Source: a virus (Duplodnaviria > Caudoviricetes). From it: a DNA stretch of 54,313 nt. The notes under the pieces were generated by a model. It saw nothing but the letters and a program-made list of their open reading frames with translations. It did not search any database and had not been told where the DNA came from. Position 1 is the stretch's first letter, and the number at the start of each line of letters is the position of its first letter. The stretch is from the IMG/VR virus record IMGVR_UViG_3300043596_000010, positions 1 to 54,313 of that record. One strand, given 5' to 3'. Positions 20,379 to 29,088 of the stretch are shown here, piece after piece. The position numbers were made by a program, and so were the translations under genes.

Positions 20379-22143
20379 GTTTTCCTCCTAAGTTAGATTA
20401 GTTAATTTCGCCGCTACGGGCCTGACCGGCCTGTGGGCTGGTCTAGGTGCCGGGTGCCGTACGGGGCACAGGGAACGGCATTCCGAGGGCAATCAGCCGG
20501 CGTTGAAGCTGGCGAGCACCACACCCGGCTCGACCCAGGAGGCAGCCGAACCAATTACTTCAATTTTAACATCTTTTGGATTGCACCAAGTACCCATAGC
20601 CCACGCATGCCAATTTATAAAGGTGCGATATGCTAGCCTCGGGCATGTCCAATTATCACCATCCCAAACGTAATCACCATCTGGGTGCATATGCTTTGCA
20701 TCGTACCAACTACTAGCACAGACTATGGCACTATCATATGTGTCGTAACCATTGTTAACTGTTTGCGAAATCCTGTATAAGTTTTTGGTCATGCCAATAA
20801 GCCAAACGGTAAGAGATCTTCAACAGAGTCTTGTGTATAAGCTGCAATCCAACGTGACATAAAAGTCCCGATATGATCGTAATACTCATACGTGATTACC
20901 CAAACAGTATCATCCATTAGTTATTCCTACAGGTAGTGTGCTTTGCACAGGCTTTTTCAGCCTCCGCATAGGTATTGCACTTCTTTTCCCAAATACACTC
21001 CAGGCATTGGGCTAAGTACTTACCGTCTCTACGTAACGCAATGTGTGTCATAGGCATTTTACCACTTACCGTCCTTTCGCTTAGGCGTGCCCCTACAAAT
21101 ATGATTCCGCTTTACGGTATTTGCCTCTTTCTCTGTGTAGCATAGCACAGAAAACTCGTGGCAGGTAGAGCTACTGCAAGTCACTACCCAGCCCTTTCCT
21201 CTTTTATCTACTTCTGGACCGGCTCGTTTAAATCCCATTCATTACTCACCACCTTAGCAACCCAAGCAAGTGAATCAATCCAAACTGCTTCATAAGTATT
21301 TGGGTCTTGGTTAACACTAGCCCACAGGTAGCGGGAGTGAACTCTGCCATAAGCATTAAGCAAGTCTACCAAATTAGCCGTGGCAGCAACTGCAATACCC
21401 CGGTTCACACCATGTGCTTGTGTTATGATTTCTAGCAACGTTTGCATTTCTTCAATTGGATCCATAATTAGAACCCAAGCATTCTTTGAACTTCTCGTTC
21501 AAGTGTTTCTGTTGCATCTACAAGTTGTGCAACGAATGCGTCTACATCGCCATTCAACCGCTCAACAGACTCTGCCACAAGCAATGTTATAATTGCGTTA
21601 GTCTTAGAGTCAAGCAGACTTAATGCGGTACTAGCCAAAGTAAGGTTATCGTTTTCCAAAGCCCTTGTGGCTATATTCGTTATCACGTTGAGTTGACGCA
21701 TAGCCTCAACCTTATCCCATTCAATCATTTACAGTAGCTCCGATTCTTCTGTAGCTTCCCAATGTGCAAGTTCGCCCAACGTGGCATAACGCTCTATTGG
21801 CTGTTCGTAGTACATGAATGCCCACTTATCACCTAATACCCAATCGACAAATGCCCTAGCATTCTCATAGTCAACCGCAGACACACGAACATACCCATTG
21901 GAATCAATCCAGTCGAACACAGGGTGTAACTCTTGGTTCTTACCATGTCCGTATTGAACCCCGAATGTAACGTAGAAATCTTGCATTACTACTCCTTTTT
22001 TACGTAAACGGTTGTGTACCGCTTATTTCCGTGAGTTTCTAACATAGTAAAGCAATAGGCATAATATCTTACGCCTTAATTCTTTTTGTGTAATTATTTT
22101 ATACATATATTAATTCCGCCTTTTTCCGTGGGTATTGTTAAGA

Positions 22144-22204
22144 AGGTGGGAGCCATGCGGGTGCATACTTAGGGCCGGCCCTAGCTAGAAACCGACCAAC
22201 TCCC
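22144..22204 (-). ncRNA. Putative tRNA-like structured RNA
   Basis: Closing stem GGGAGTT/GGCTCCC followed by ACC; two internal hairpins; starts 1 nt after tRNA-Lys CCA. Confidence 0.4.
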
Positions 22205-22205
22205 A

Positions 22206-22279
22206 TGGTAGGGGTATAGGGAATCGAACCCTAGTTAGCTGATTAAAAGTCAGCCGCTCTACCATTGAGCTATACCCCC
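22206..22279 (-). tRNA. tRNA-Lys(UUU)
   Basis: Full cloverleaf, anticodon loop CTTTTAA, T-loop TTCGATT, encoded CCA. Confidence 0.93.
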
Positions 22280-22305
22280 AAAATGTTCCCATTTTATTGC
22301 GAAAC

Positions 22306-22416
22306 GGTAGGCGCATTTTGCTTGCAACTGGCTCATAGACAGCTTTCGCCACCTAATCTTTATGCTACAGGTATTGCAAGTACCTGGTCGGTGTACCATA
22401 CCCGACATCTCCTACC
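22306..22416 (-). ncRNA. Putative multi-stem pseudoknotted RNA
   Basis: Closing GGTAGG/CCTACC, three hairpins including a GAAA tetraloop, loop CTTGCAA complementary to downstream TTGCAAG. Confidence 0.6.
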
Positions 22417-22493
22417 TGGTGCCCACAGAGGGATTCGAACCCACACTTAACGGGGCTTAAAGCCGTTGCCTCTTCCGATTGGGCTATATGGGC
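22417..22493 (-). tRNA. tRNA-Leu(UAA), short variable arm
   Basis: GCCCATA/TGTGGGC acceptor, loop TTTAAGC, GGTTCGAATCC, CCA; C-C mismatch at base of anticodon loop. Confidence 0.85.
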
Positions 22494-22500
22494 AAAACCA

Positions 22501-22896
22501 TTAATGATGCATTTTACCTGCACAAGATTTACTACAGTATGGTCCAGCACAACCACGCTTTACTTGATTCTCTCTATACTTAACCATGTTTACACTAAAT
22601 TTTGTGTTGCAGGTAGGACAAACACAGGCAATAAACTTAGCTTGTCGCCCAGCTTGCTCAATAGCTTTTATATTGTTTTGTGCGCGAGTTAAAAGCTGGT
22701 AATTTTCCACTACATCATTACCACAATCACCATCAATATGATCTACTTGCTCCCAAGCATCTAATTTTCTTCCTAAATACTGCTCCATTAAATATCTTGG
22801 ATATGACTGTGTGCGCTTAGTTTTTGTTACTGTATCATAGTGAATTACAACACTTCTACCATCTTGTCTTTTATATGGCCCATAAACCTTTAACAA
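22501..22896 (-). CDS. HNH homing endonuclease (likely TTG start at 22896)
   Basis: YPRYLMEQYLGRKL..EQVDHIDGD..ND..EN; C-terminal CPTC...CSKSC; AGGAG 5 nt upstream. Confidence 0.85.
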   Translation of the reverse strand: MLKVYGPYKRQDGRSVVIHYDTVTKTKRTQSYPRYLMEQYLGRKLDAWEQVDHIDGDCGNDVVENYQLLTRAQNNIKAIEQAGRQAKFIACVCPTCNTKFSVNMVKYRENQVKRGCAGPYCSKSCAGKMHH

Positions 22897-22900
22897 AGTA

Positions 22901-22932
22901 ACTCCTGTGTATACCGATTCCACCATGCGGGC
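22901..22932 (-). pseudogene. 5' fragment of a tRNA-Leu-type gene
   Basis: GCCCGCA TG GTGGAATCGGTATACAC A = acceptor 5' strand plus Leu-type D arm; breaks off into HNH gene. Confidence 0.7.
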
Positions 22933-23176
22933 ATTGTGTGCTAGGCGATAGCTAGCCTACGAACGTAGTCCTACACTATTCTTACCTATCGGTTAACGAC
23001 CTAGCACAAAAAATTAATTGTTACGATCCATGTGTGCAGCCGCAACTGCCTTATCAGGATTCTTATTAGAACATCTAGGGCCTACCGTGCCACAAATATT
23101 GCAGATTGCTTGGCAGGCTCGGGTGCCATTGTGAATGTGTACAAGGTGCAGCGCATTAGGATCACGCTTTTTCATT

Positions 23177-23392
23177 TTACTTACACATTTCTTCTGTAAA
23201 GATTACAAAGGCCCTTTGAACGCTAATGTAGGTGCCCGGTGCGATTGTCATATAATAAGATCGTATATGGTCCCTATAAGTGTCAGCGAATCGCTCTGGG
23301 TCTACAACCCGATCTGTGTTTGCATCATTACGCCCAAGAGCGTAGAAATAAGCTGCGATTCTAGCTTCGTGTTCTACGAGTGCAGCACTCAT
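23177..23392 (-). CDS. Hypothetical protein, AYxYAxGxxD paralog family (start ATG 23392)
   Basis: Motif shared with 23741..23929 and 25887..26135. Confidence 0.65.
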   Translation of the reverse strand: MSAALVEHEARIAAYFYALGRNDANTDRVVDPERFADTYRDHIRSYYMTIAPGTYISVQRAFVIFTEEMCK

Positions 23393-23740
23393 CTTACATA
23401 TCCCAACATTCGGTAACAAGGGTGTTCCAATAGTCCCCAACCGCATCTTCGTGATCGGGGAACTCTTCCAGCAGCAAAGCCTTAAGCGTGAACTCATAAG
23501 CCTTAAGAAGGCCAAACTTCCTATCAGCCTCAATAATGTATTCTGGATCTGCCATTTTTATAATCCTTCCGAGTAGGTATCGGCATTGATCGACAAATCA
23601 CTTAGCGAATAAACTAAGGTGGCTGTGCCCGCAGCAACATCAATTACCACATTCATAAGGTCCTTAACGTCGAAATACTTGCCATCAACCTTTACTTCTG
23701 GCCGATTATTATTATAAACAACTTTAAGCTTCAAGATTTT

Positions 23741-23929
23741 TCATTCCTCCGAGTAGTTAGCCCACACGTCACGCATTTCTACGCTGGGGTTTTCCTTTTT
23801 GATCTTAACATAGTGCTTAGCAAAGTCAACGGCATCCAATTCGCCATGTTTGCCGGAAGCATCAATGGCACCTAATGCGTAGAAATACGCTAAGTTCAGC
23901 ATGCCCGGCTCAAACATAGTTACTGCCAC
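23741..23929 (-). CDS. Hypothetical protein, AYxYAxGxxD paralog family
   Basis: LAYFYALGAIDA...DFAKHY. Confidence 0.65.
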   Translation of the reverse strand: MAVTMFEPGMLNLAYFYALGAIDASGKHGELDAVDFAKHYVKIKKENPSVEMRDVWANYSEE

Positions 23930-24324
23930 GGCCTAAGAAAATACACCGATTACTTAAATCAACAGTAACTCTTACAGCTTGATTGTTATAGTCGTCTCGA
24001 ACCGTAAAGTCGTCAGGCAAACCCTCAATTTCCTCTCGAAGATGCCTAAGCGTAATAGGGTCATTCAAGGTAGGCTCCTAGTTGCCATAAGGAACAATAA
24101 TACAATAATTGCCGTTACACAGAGAGTGAATACGAACGGGGCCAGCATAGGCCATATGGAAGGTACCTTAGTTTCCTCACTCACTGTTCATCCAGTCGAA
24201 GAACTTAAAGGTGAAAAACAGAAATACAGCAAACACAGCGTAAGCCATTTCTAACCTTTCGGTTTCCTAGGCCAAGTTATTAGGCCAAAGATGATTATGA
24301 AAGCGAACAGTGCGTATAGCAGGG

Positions 24325-24633
24325 TTAGCACAGGTAACTCGGCCCGTAAAAGGCATTGACCTTAGCTCGCCACCGGTTAAGCAGTTCTTCATACTCGATT
24401 TCATCATCGCCGGCCAAATCAAAGCCGTAAAAGCTCCCCATAGGAATGCCCAACTCGCACAGACCATTAAAGTAGTTGCCGTACAACTTACTCAGCAAAC
24501 ACCTATACTCATTAGTCATGTCTGTATCAGGGTCCATGAGAATAGCCTGAATATCTGAAAGCCGCACACCATTGGCAGCTAACAGAGCAAGGCCCTTATT
24601 AATTCGCTCGTCAAGAGTCTCGGTCTCTAGCAT
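24325..24633 (-). CDS. Hypothetical protein
   Basis: AAGG SD; ERI.KG...L and CLL..LYG.Y..G pattern. Confidence 0.65.
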   Translation of the reverse strand: MLETETLDERINKGLALLAANGVRLSDIQAILMDPDTDMTNEYRCLLSKLYGNYFNGLCELGIPMGSFYGFDLAGDDEIEYEELLNRWRAKVNAFYGPSYLC

Positions 24634-24764
24634 ATCGCACCTTTTCTATAATAGAGTTAGTAATGTCTTTCGTATTTTCGTGCAGCGTAAACTTATACAT
24701 AGCCGTGTGTAGAAGATTAATCAGCGTAATTGCTTCGTTGTCGGTCAGATCAATATGTACTAAT

Positions 24765-24965
24765 TTAGCCATTTACCTTAAGCCCCTTTCGTAGCCGCAT
24801 AACGGCCTCAGTTAAGAACGCTTCTTTTTCGTATGGCCTAAACTTTCTCTGTGGCCGAGCAACTATTTCCATCAACCTAGCTGCTAATTCCTCATCCGAC
24901 ATATTCGCAGCTACGCTACGCATGAGCTTGAGGTTAGCTTCAAACTCTTGGTTACCAATAGGCAT
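24765..24965 (-). CDS. Hypothetical protein
   Basis: AAGGAG SD. Confidence 0.65.
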   Translation of the reverse strand: MPIGNQEFEANLKLMRSVAANMSDEELAARLMEIVARPQRKFRPYEKEAFLTEAVMRLRKGLKVNG

Positions 24966-24985
24966 AGGACTCCTTTTTAAATAGC

Positions 24986-25038
24986 TTGATTAAGCATGGT
25001 CTAGCATGACTACCGCCATACTAGCCAAACGCAATCAA
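24986..25038 (-). repeat. Conserved intergenic hairpin element, copy D
   Basis: TTGA-TTGC-GTTT-GG-stem-CC-ATGCTTA-A-TCAA. Confidence 0.75.
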
Positions 25039-25040
25039 AC

Positions 25041-25325
25041 TCAACCTGGCATGTACTTACGTGGCCAAGTCACCTCAAATTCTTTGTTTATAGTATTGGC
25101 ACAATCGAGCCCAGCAACGTGCCAACTATCGGCATTCTCGTCAGTGATAGCCTCGTAAGCGGATAGCCCGTACTTAACGGGCAGGCGGAACCTGTGGGCA
25201 TTCTTAGCTGCCTTCCAAGTCTGCACCTTGCCATTAGGGCGCCAGTTGTGGCCACAATCGGTACCAATGTGGTAGTGGTTGTTATTACTGGTAGCGTCAG
25301 CCAGCACTTGATCCTTAGTAATCAT
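25041..25325 (-). CDS. Hypothetical protein (WR.NG...TWK...FR.PVKYG)
   Basis: Motif familiar from phage hypotheticals. Confidence 0.7.
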   Translation of the reverse strand: MITKDQVLADATSNNNHYHIGTDCGHNWRPNGKVQTWKAAKNAHRFRLPVKYGLSAYEAITDENADSWHVAGLDCANTINKEFEVTWPRKYMPG

Positions 25326-25611
25326 TTCAGCCCCTTTTTAGGTATACTTGGTTTACATCACCATCAACCATGATGTCAATTAAAGGATCTAATCCTCCAT
25401 AAGATTCTTTTGTATCCTCCGCATAAATCATAATTACATAATGTGCAGGCACCTTATCGAGGAAGCGACGCAATTGCTGTACAGTCATGCTTAACATGAT
25501 CCCTTCTTCTTTGCGTAAACAATACGAAAGCAACCATCATGAAATAGGTAACCTAGGTAGGTAAAGTTTCCTATGGCTAAACCACCTAGCTCCACACGCC
25601 TACCACAATGC

Positions 25612-25818
25612 TTACAGTTTCCCATTTAGTTTTCCCTTACGATTGTCTGCCCAATTACACCATGCCAACAGCAAACCAAAAAGGGCTACACTGGTTACGG
25701 CGATAATAGGCACGGCCCACATAACGAAATTAGCGTCCCTATCGGTTGCATCGTAGTAAGCGCTTGCTTGTTGCGCCGTATAGCAGGTATTGTGAATAAT
25801 GAACTTACAGTTTTCCAT
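25612..25818 (-). CDS. Small membrane protein
   Basis: Single TM helix; GAGG SD. Confidence 0.6.
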   Translation of the reverse strand: MENCKFIIHNTCYTAQQASAYYDATDRDANFVMWAVPIIAVTSVALFGLLLAWCNWADNRKGKLNGKL

Positions 25819-25836
25819 TAGTGCTTAATCCTCTCT

Positions 25837-25893
25837 CGATTAGGCATGGCACCAACCTGTGGGCATAACCACAGGTTGGCCCAAACTCAATCG
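25837..25893 (-). repeat. Conserved intergenic hairpin element, copy C
   Basis: CGA-TTGA-GTTT-GG-stem-CC-ATGCCTA-A-TCG. Confidence 0.75.
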
Positions 25894-26135
25894 CTAAGTA
25901 GGTTAGCAGATGCTTGCTCAGTTACATAGCTCGACAAGAACTCCTGAATGCTAGACTTGTAGGTAGCATCGCTAGTACGCATATCAGCGTATGCCTCAGC
26001 GAAATCCAGGTGGTCAAAGTCTTTTAGACTAGTACCGTGCCATTTTGAATGGGCACAACATAGGTGATTGATACTATCAGTAACACCTACAGCATAGTAG
26101 TATGCCACAGTTTTATAATGTGCATGTGAACTCAT
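25887..26135 (-). CDS. Hypothetical protein, AYxYAxGxxD paralog family
   Basis: VAYYYAVGVTDS...DFAEAY. Confidence 0.65.
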   Translation of the reverse strand: MSSHAHYKTVAYYYAVGVTDSINHLCCAHSKWHGTSLKDFDHLDFAEAYADMRTSDATYKSSIQEFLSSYVTEQASANLLSD

Positions 26136-26143
26136 TTGGAATC

Positions 26144-26395
26144 CTATCCTCGGTTGTACTTGGCTACCATTTTAGCGTGCCCGGCAATAGCTTCTTCCCT
26201 AGTGGCGTATTCCTCGCTATCCAACTCATATGAACTGCTGCTTAGGACCTGCCTGGCGAGTAGGAATGCGGCACTAAAAACCATAGTCTCATAGCCTACT
26301 ACAACTACACCGTTGGGGGACCCACCAAATAAAGCCACAGTTGAAACTATGAGATTAACGGGCGTCTTAAGGTCGAGATCACCTTCAATTTCCAT
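26144..26395 (-). CDS. Hypothetical protein (VSTV...YETMVF...Y.T.EEA..GH)
   Basis: Motif familiar from phage hypotheticals; contains a 32-bp segment shared with 18611-18642. Confidence 0.7.
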   Translation of the reverse strand: MEIEGDLDLKTPVNLIVSTVALFGGSPNGVVVVGYETMVFSAAFLLARQVLSSSSYELDSEEYATREEAIAGHAKMVAKYNRG

Positions 26396-26472
26396 TTACA
26401 ATCCCCTTTTTAGTTTTGCTTGTACATAGGTCAGCACAACTTTACGTTGTACTGCCTAAACACAGTCAAAGC

Positions 26473-26928
26473 TCAGAACGGCTCGTCATCGGCAATATCC
26501 TCAGGCACTTCGTTATCGTCATTGTCACCCTCGAAGCACAAGACATCGCTAAAGAAGCTCTTAAACCCAGTAACAGCATCTTCCCACTTTGTCACAGTAA
26601 TAAGGCTGTCACCATTGTAATCGTAAGTGATTTCAGGCTCGGGCGCACGCCAACCAGCCTCGATAAGTGCCTTAGCAATGTTCTCAGCCGTGGTCAAGTC
26701 TAGCGCAAAACAAGTAGCCTGAATCTTAGCTGCCAGTTGCGTAACAACCTCCAAATCACTCTGAAACTTAGCGTACTCGGCCTGCGACACAGGATTAATG
26801 TTGTTGCCACCAATTCCATAGTTACTGCCAACGCCGTAAGCATGTGCATCGGCAAGCAACTTAGCGTCACGCAAGTGCAGCGTAGGATGCTTAACTCGCA
26901 AATGCTTAATGTACTGAATGTGACTCAT
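26473..26928 (-). CDS. Hypothetical protein with acidic tail
   Basis: GGAG SD; IK.LR....L.DAK pattern. Confidence 0.65.
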   Translation of the reverse strand: MSHIQYIKHLRVKHPTLHLRDAKLLADAHAYGVGSNYGIGGNNINPVSQAEYAKFQSDLEVVTQLAAKIQATCFALDLTTAENIAKALIEAGWRAPEPEITYDYNGDSLITVTKWEDAVTGFKSFFSDVLCFEGDNDDNEVPEDIADDEPF

Positions 26929-26929
26929 T

Positions 26930-27193
26930 TTACTTAGCTCCTTCGATGTCTAGTAGACCTGCGCACAACCCACAGGTGCGATAATGTAGAATGTCTTTGG
27001 GATCTAGTGACTCACTTACTGTTAGCTCACCCCATTCTTTAGGGGGCTGGTATTCAGCGTGCGTCTCTGGTGTGTTACATCGACGCTTAGCCTCAATTCT
27101 GGCTCTAACTGCATCATAGCTCAAATCAATACTCCTTTTAGGTGTTGATTGAACATGGTAGAATTTGTGGGCTGGCTCTGCACAAGGACGCAC
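26930..27193 (-). CDS. Hypothetical protein
   Basis: ORF in operon; Cys/His motifs. Confidence 0.55.
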   Translation of the reverse strand: MRPCAEPAHKFYHVQSTPKRSIDLSYDAVRARIEAKRRCNTPETHAEYQPPKEWGELTVSESLDPKDILHYRTCGLCAGLLDIEGAK

Positions 27194-27293
27194 ACATTTA
27201 ACTTATCTGACCCATTGTAATCTAGCCGCTCTAACGCACTTTGATTACGGATGATAAGCACCCACAAATTAACCAAACTCATTCAACTATGTA

Positions 27294-28397
27294 TTACGCA
27301 CACACCAATTGCATGGTACTCAGCACTTCGGCGTCAGCCTTAGCGTAAGCGCCACTAACCACACCTTCAAAGTTCCGCTCAGCGGAACTCTTAACAGATC
27401 CAACCCGATTGCGCTGGGGCCGCTCATGGTGCATGTAGGTATTGAAAGCCTGCCAAACTCCCAAACCAGTACCAACCCAGGGCGCACAACGATCGTCGTG
27501 CTTGTAAAGCCCTTCAATTGTGTGCCGGGTATTCATAGTCTGGGTAATCTTGTTCTTCGTAGGCTCGTCACCCAATGGGTAAAGGTGCTCAACAATCTTG
27601 TTGAACTGGTTGTTAGTAACGGAGATTTGCGTCAAAGCAGCAACCTCAGCACTGAAGTCGTCAGCCATCGAATGCACAATGTTCAGTGCGTCTCTAGCGT
27701 TCATGAGCTTCAAAGCTGAGTTCTTCGTGTGCTTGAACTTCAGCTTCTCACCAGCCTCACTAAGCCCCGCCGCCATGGTGTTATCGCAAACCCACGCAGT
27801 AGCGCCCTTCTTAAAGGTAGTTGCCACAGTCCCGTTAAAGCTTGTGGCAGCCCCAATGAAAGGCCGGAAGGCGAACCCTTCAGGGGTTGTAACGGTTTCA
27901 GGCATTTCAACCTGAACAAACGCTACTGCTCTGTTCTGTAGCAGGGCGGCAGAGCCAATAACCAACTCAGAATCAAGCAAGTTAGCAACGCCATCGAGCA
28001 GCCACTCCTTGTAATCGTGGCCGGCGTAACCGTCCTTAAAGCTACCAAGATCCTCAAGCGTATCGCTAGTCAGCATACCCTTGCGACCCTCAGTGCTCTT
28101 AACGAACTTGATTGGCAAACCCTTATCGTCAAGCGCTTGCATTTCGTCCATTTCGCAAGGCACGGCAAAGTAAGCCGGAGCCTCAATGAACTCAAAGCTG
28201 AACAGCCGTTCTACGACGTCTTCAACCGGAATCCCGAGTTCGTAGTGGTTGCTCGTGTAATGGCCCTTAGGGGTACCGTCGGCATTGAAGTACAAAGCGT
28301 GGTTGAACTCTTCCCGGTAGTGCCAGGCATTGCCTCGCTTACTGGTCATACCAACCAACACGTTGGTGTTCAACCACTCTGACGTTTCTTGACTCAT
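27294..28397 (-). CDS. DUF932-family phage/plasmid protein
   Basis: AWH, SFNGT..T, VCDNT, KHTKN, GT..G..QAFN.Y..H. Confidence 0.8.
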   Translation of the reverse strand: MSQETSEWLNTNVLVGMTSKRGNAWHYREEFNHALYFNADGTPKGHYTSNHYELGIPVEDVVERLFSFEFIEAPAYFAVPCEMDEMQALDDKGLPIKFVKSTEGRKGMLTSDTLEDLGSFKDGYAGHDYKEWLLDGVANLLDSELVIGSAALLQNRAVAFVQVEMPETVTTPEGFAFRPFIGAATSFNGTVATTFKKGATAWVCDNTMAAGLSEAGEKLKFKHTKNSALKLMNARDALNIVHSMADDFSAEVAALTQISVTNNQFNKIVEHLYPLGDEPTKNKITQTMNTRHTIEGLYKHDDRCAPWVGTGLGVWQAFNTYMHHERPQRNRVGSVKSSAERNFEGVVSGAYAKADAEVLSTMQLVCA

Positions 28398-28456
28398 TTC
28401 AAGTTACCACCTTTTTGTTTATCTGCTACTTAAGTGTAGCAAATGCCCATTTCCAA

Positions 28457-28540
28457 TTGAATAGGCATAGATTAGCACTACCTGTGGGTTAGTAGTAACC
28501 TGTGGGTTAGTAGTAGGTAGTGCTAACTAAACGCACTCAA
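28457..28540 (-). repeat. Conserved intergenic hairpin element, copy A (loop holds a tandem duplication of the CCTGTGGG unit)
   Basis: TTGA-GTGC-GTTT-AG-stem-CT-ATGCCTA-T-TCAA. Confidence 0.75.
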
Positions 28541-28697
28541 TCAGGGTACATAGCTCGGAGGTTTCGTAGGGTAACTGGGTAGCGGTTACCGTTAGGTTCT
28601 TTAACAATGGCAACCCGATCACCATTGACCACAGGGGCGTCGATTGCCGTTAACATTGTCTTTGCGGTAGTAGCACCGCTTATCAATGTAGCATTCA

Positions 28698-28928
28698 TTA
28701 GCTTGCATCCCAATTCTTTGCAACGAAAGCCCAAAACGCAGGCAGGTTGTCGTCATTGTGGTATGGGTCAACCAAAGGCTGATTACCAGGCTCTACAATA
28801 TTAGTTGCCAATTCAGGGTTAACGTCACTTAGCATATTGTAAGCGTGCTGACCGAACCTTACGCCACCTGGTTTCTTGCTGGTTAGCACCGACATCATGA
28901 ATTCGTGGTAAGTCTTACGTTTTGCCAT
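28698..28928 (-). CDS. Hypothetical protein (R.GQ...N.L...DPYH)
   Basis: GAGGTG SD; motif familiar from phage hypotheticals. Confidence 0.7.
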   Translation of the reverse strand: MAKRKTYHEFMMSVLTSKKPGGVRFGQHAYNMLSDVNPELATNIVEPGNQPLVDPYHNDDNLPAFWAFVAKNWDAS

Positions 28929-28978
28929 GTTATTTCACCTCTTAATTTTAAGGTTGCACCTTAAGTTAGCCTGAAGAA

Positions 28979-29088
28979 TTGAATAGGCATAACCTAGCAC
29001 TAGCCACAGGTGCAACTCTAGGCGCATAAATAACCACTTATGCCTCTATAGGTACCGCCATGACTAGTGCTAGTTTAAATCCATTCAA
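28979..29088 (-). repeat. Conserved intergenic hairpin element, copy B
   Basis: TTGA-ATGG-ATTT-AA-stem-TT-ATGCCTA-T-TCAA. Confidence 0.75.

Larger units (their letters stand above)
15176..21986 (-). other. Cluster of about 25-30 small, tightly packed hypothetical genes
   Basis: Contiguous minus-strand ORFs with SD sites and start/stop overlaps (e.g. 15176-15511, 16200-16436, 16606-16956, 16946-17257, 18816-19025, 19736-19921, 20493-20792, 21208-21465, 21468-21728, 21729-21986). Confidence 0.7.

Noticed and set aside
20410-20500. GC-rich intergenic patch weakly similar to 31330-31350
   Set aside because: Similarity too short and gapped to support a repeat family by eye
22306-22416. HDV-like theta ribozyme call
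   Set aside because: Position fits but helix order does not (P1 partner is terminal; no P2/P3/P1.1 arrangement found by hand)
22501-22932. Group I intron splitting a tRNA
   Set aside because: No room or recognisable core elements for a ribozyme around the HNH ORF and no separate 3' exon; the downstream tRNA is complete
21049-24965. Extra ATGCCTA matches (about 21050, 22055, 24960) as hairpin-family members
   Set aside because: No partner arm; they coincide with ATG-CCT gene starts or chance
18611-26269. Diversity-generating retroelement TR/VR pair
   Set aside because: Only 32 bp, no adenine-specific mismatches, no reverse transcriptase seen
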